DNA of 64,000 nt from positions 68,574,001 to 68,638,000 of the forward strand of contig NC_087436.1 in the NCBI RefSeq assembly GCF_036321535.1, in the 5' to 3' direction. This document shows positions 63,441-64,000 of the stretch, one piece after another. Position 1 is the first letter of the stretch; each line of letters opens with the position of its first letter. The notes below the pieces were generated by a model. That model was not told the DNA's origin and did not search any database. It saw only the letters and a list, made by a program, of their open reading frames with translations. The position numbers and the translations under genes were made by a program. This DNA comes from Camelus dromedarius (Eukaryota).

Positions 63441-64000
63441 GGAACACAGGAACAAGAACAACACTTTTATGCTCCACGAATCAGAGGACTTGAATTCTTT
63501 TTACTATATTCACAGTCACAAGAACTACATTAAAAGTATGTTTTTCATCTCAGACTTGTCTTCATGAATTATTTTTAAGATTACTTTGGCAAATAATAAA
63601 TAGCCATGACATAAATATGGCTATAAATGACAAAGAACATCCAGACAAAACAATAAAATTAAGATTATGAACCAAGGTTTTCCAAAGAATCATATAATCT
63701 CAGACAGATTCTCAACAGTTACCTAAATTACCTACCTTTTCAATGTTTGGCCACCAAGGGTAAGGGTACTAAGCACCTACTTTGTGCTAGGCAATGTCAG
63801 GTACTCTGCAACTGACACTTAAATCCTATGAGATGGGATTTAAAGAGCTGAGTGTGTAACTTCAAGCCCAGCACTGTTATATTACAGCTGACTGTATTAA
63901 GTGGACAGGCAACATTTCAGTGAATGTATCTAGTGAAAAAAGAAATTTCCATAGCTATCTACTTTACTTTTAGAGAGCCCTATTTATCAAAGATTCCTCC

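Noticed and set aside
60264..64000. UBA6 exons 1-2, promoter or CpG island
   Set aside because: No sequence encoding EIDDALYS and no CpG-rich segment found; presumably beyond the window.

Overview
AT-rich mammalian genomic DNA, probably camelid judging from its tRNA-derived SINEs (inference). The window carries most of the UBA6 gene (ubiquitin/FAT10-activating E1 enzyme) on the minus strand. I traced 31 coding exons by hand (exons 3-33 in human numbering) from 60263 down to the TGA stop at 9492-9494. They join in frame to 3025 nt with no stops or frameshifts and include the GxGxxG ATP motif and the catalytic Cys (codon 25892-25894). Exons 1-2 and the promoter are not visible and presumably lie beyond base 64000. 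The probable 3' UTR runs leftward from 9491. The rest is intronic or intergenic fossil repeats (L1, L2, MIR, MaLR/MER21 LTRs, hAT and Tc1/mariner MITEs, SINEs); repeat family names are from recall, not a database search. I found no convincing undescribed multi-gene system. The most interesting details are a GC-AG intron, a Pro->Ser change in the crossover loop next to the catalytic Cys, a 22-nt tailless SINE retrocopy, tail-only retroinsertions, a long hairpin MITE in the last intron, and several unusual splice-site architectures.
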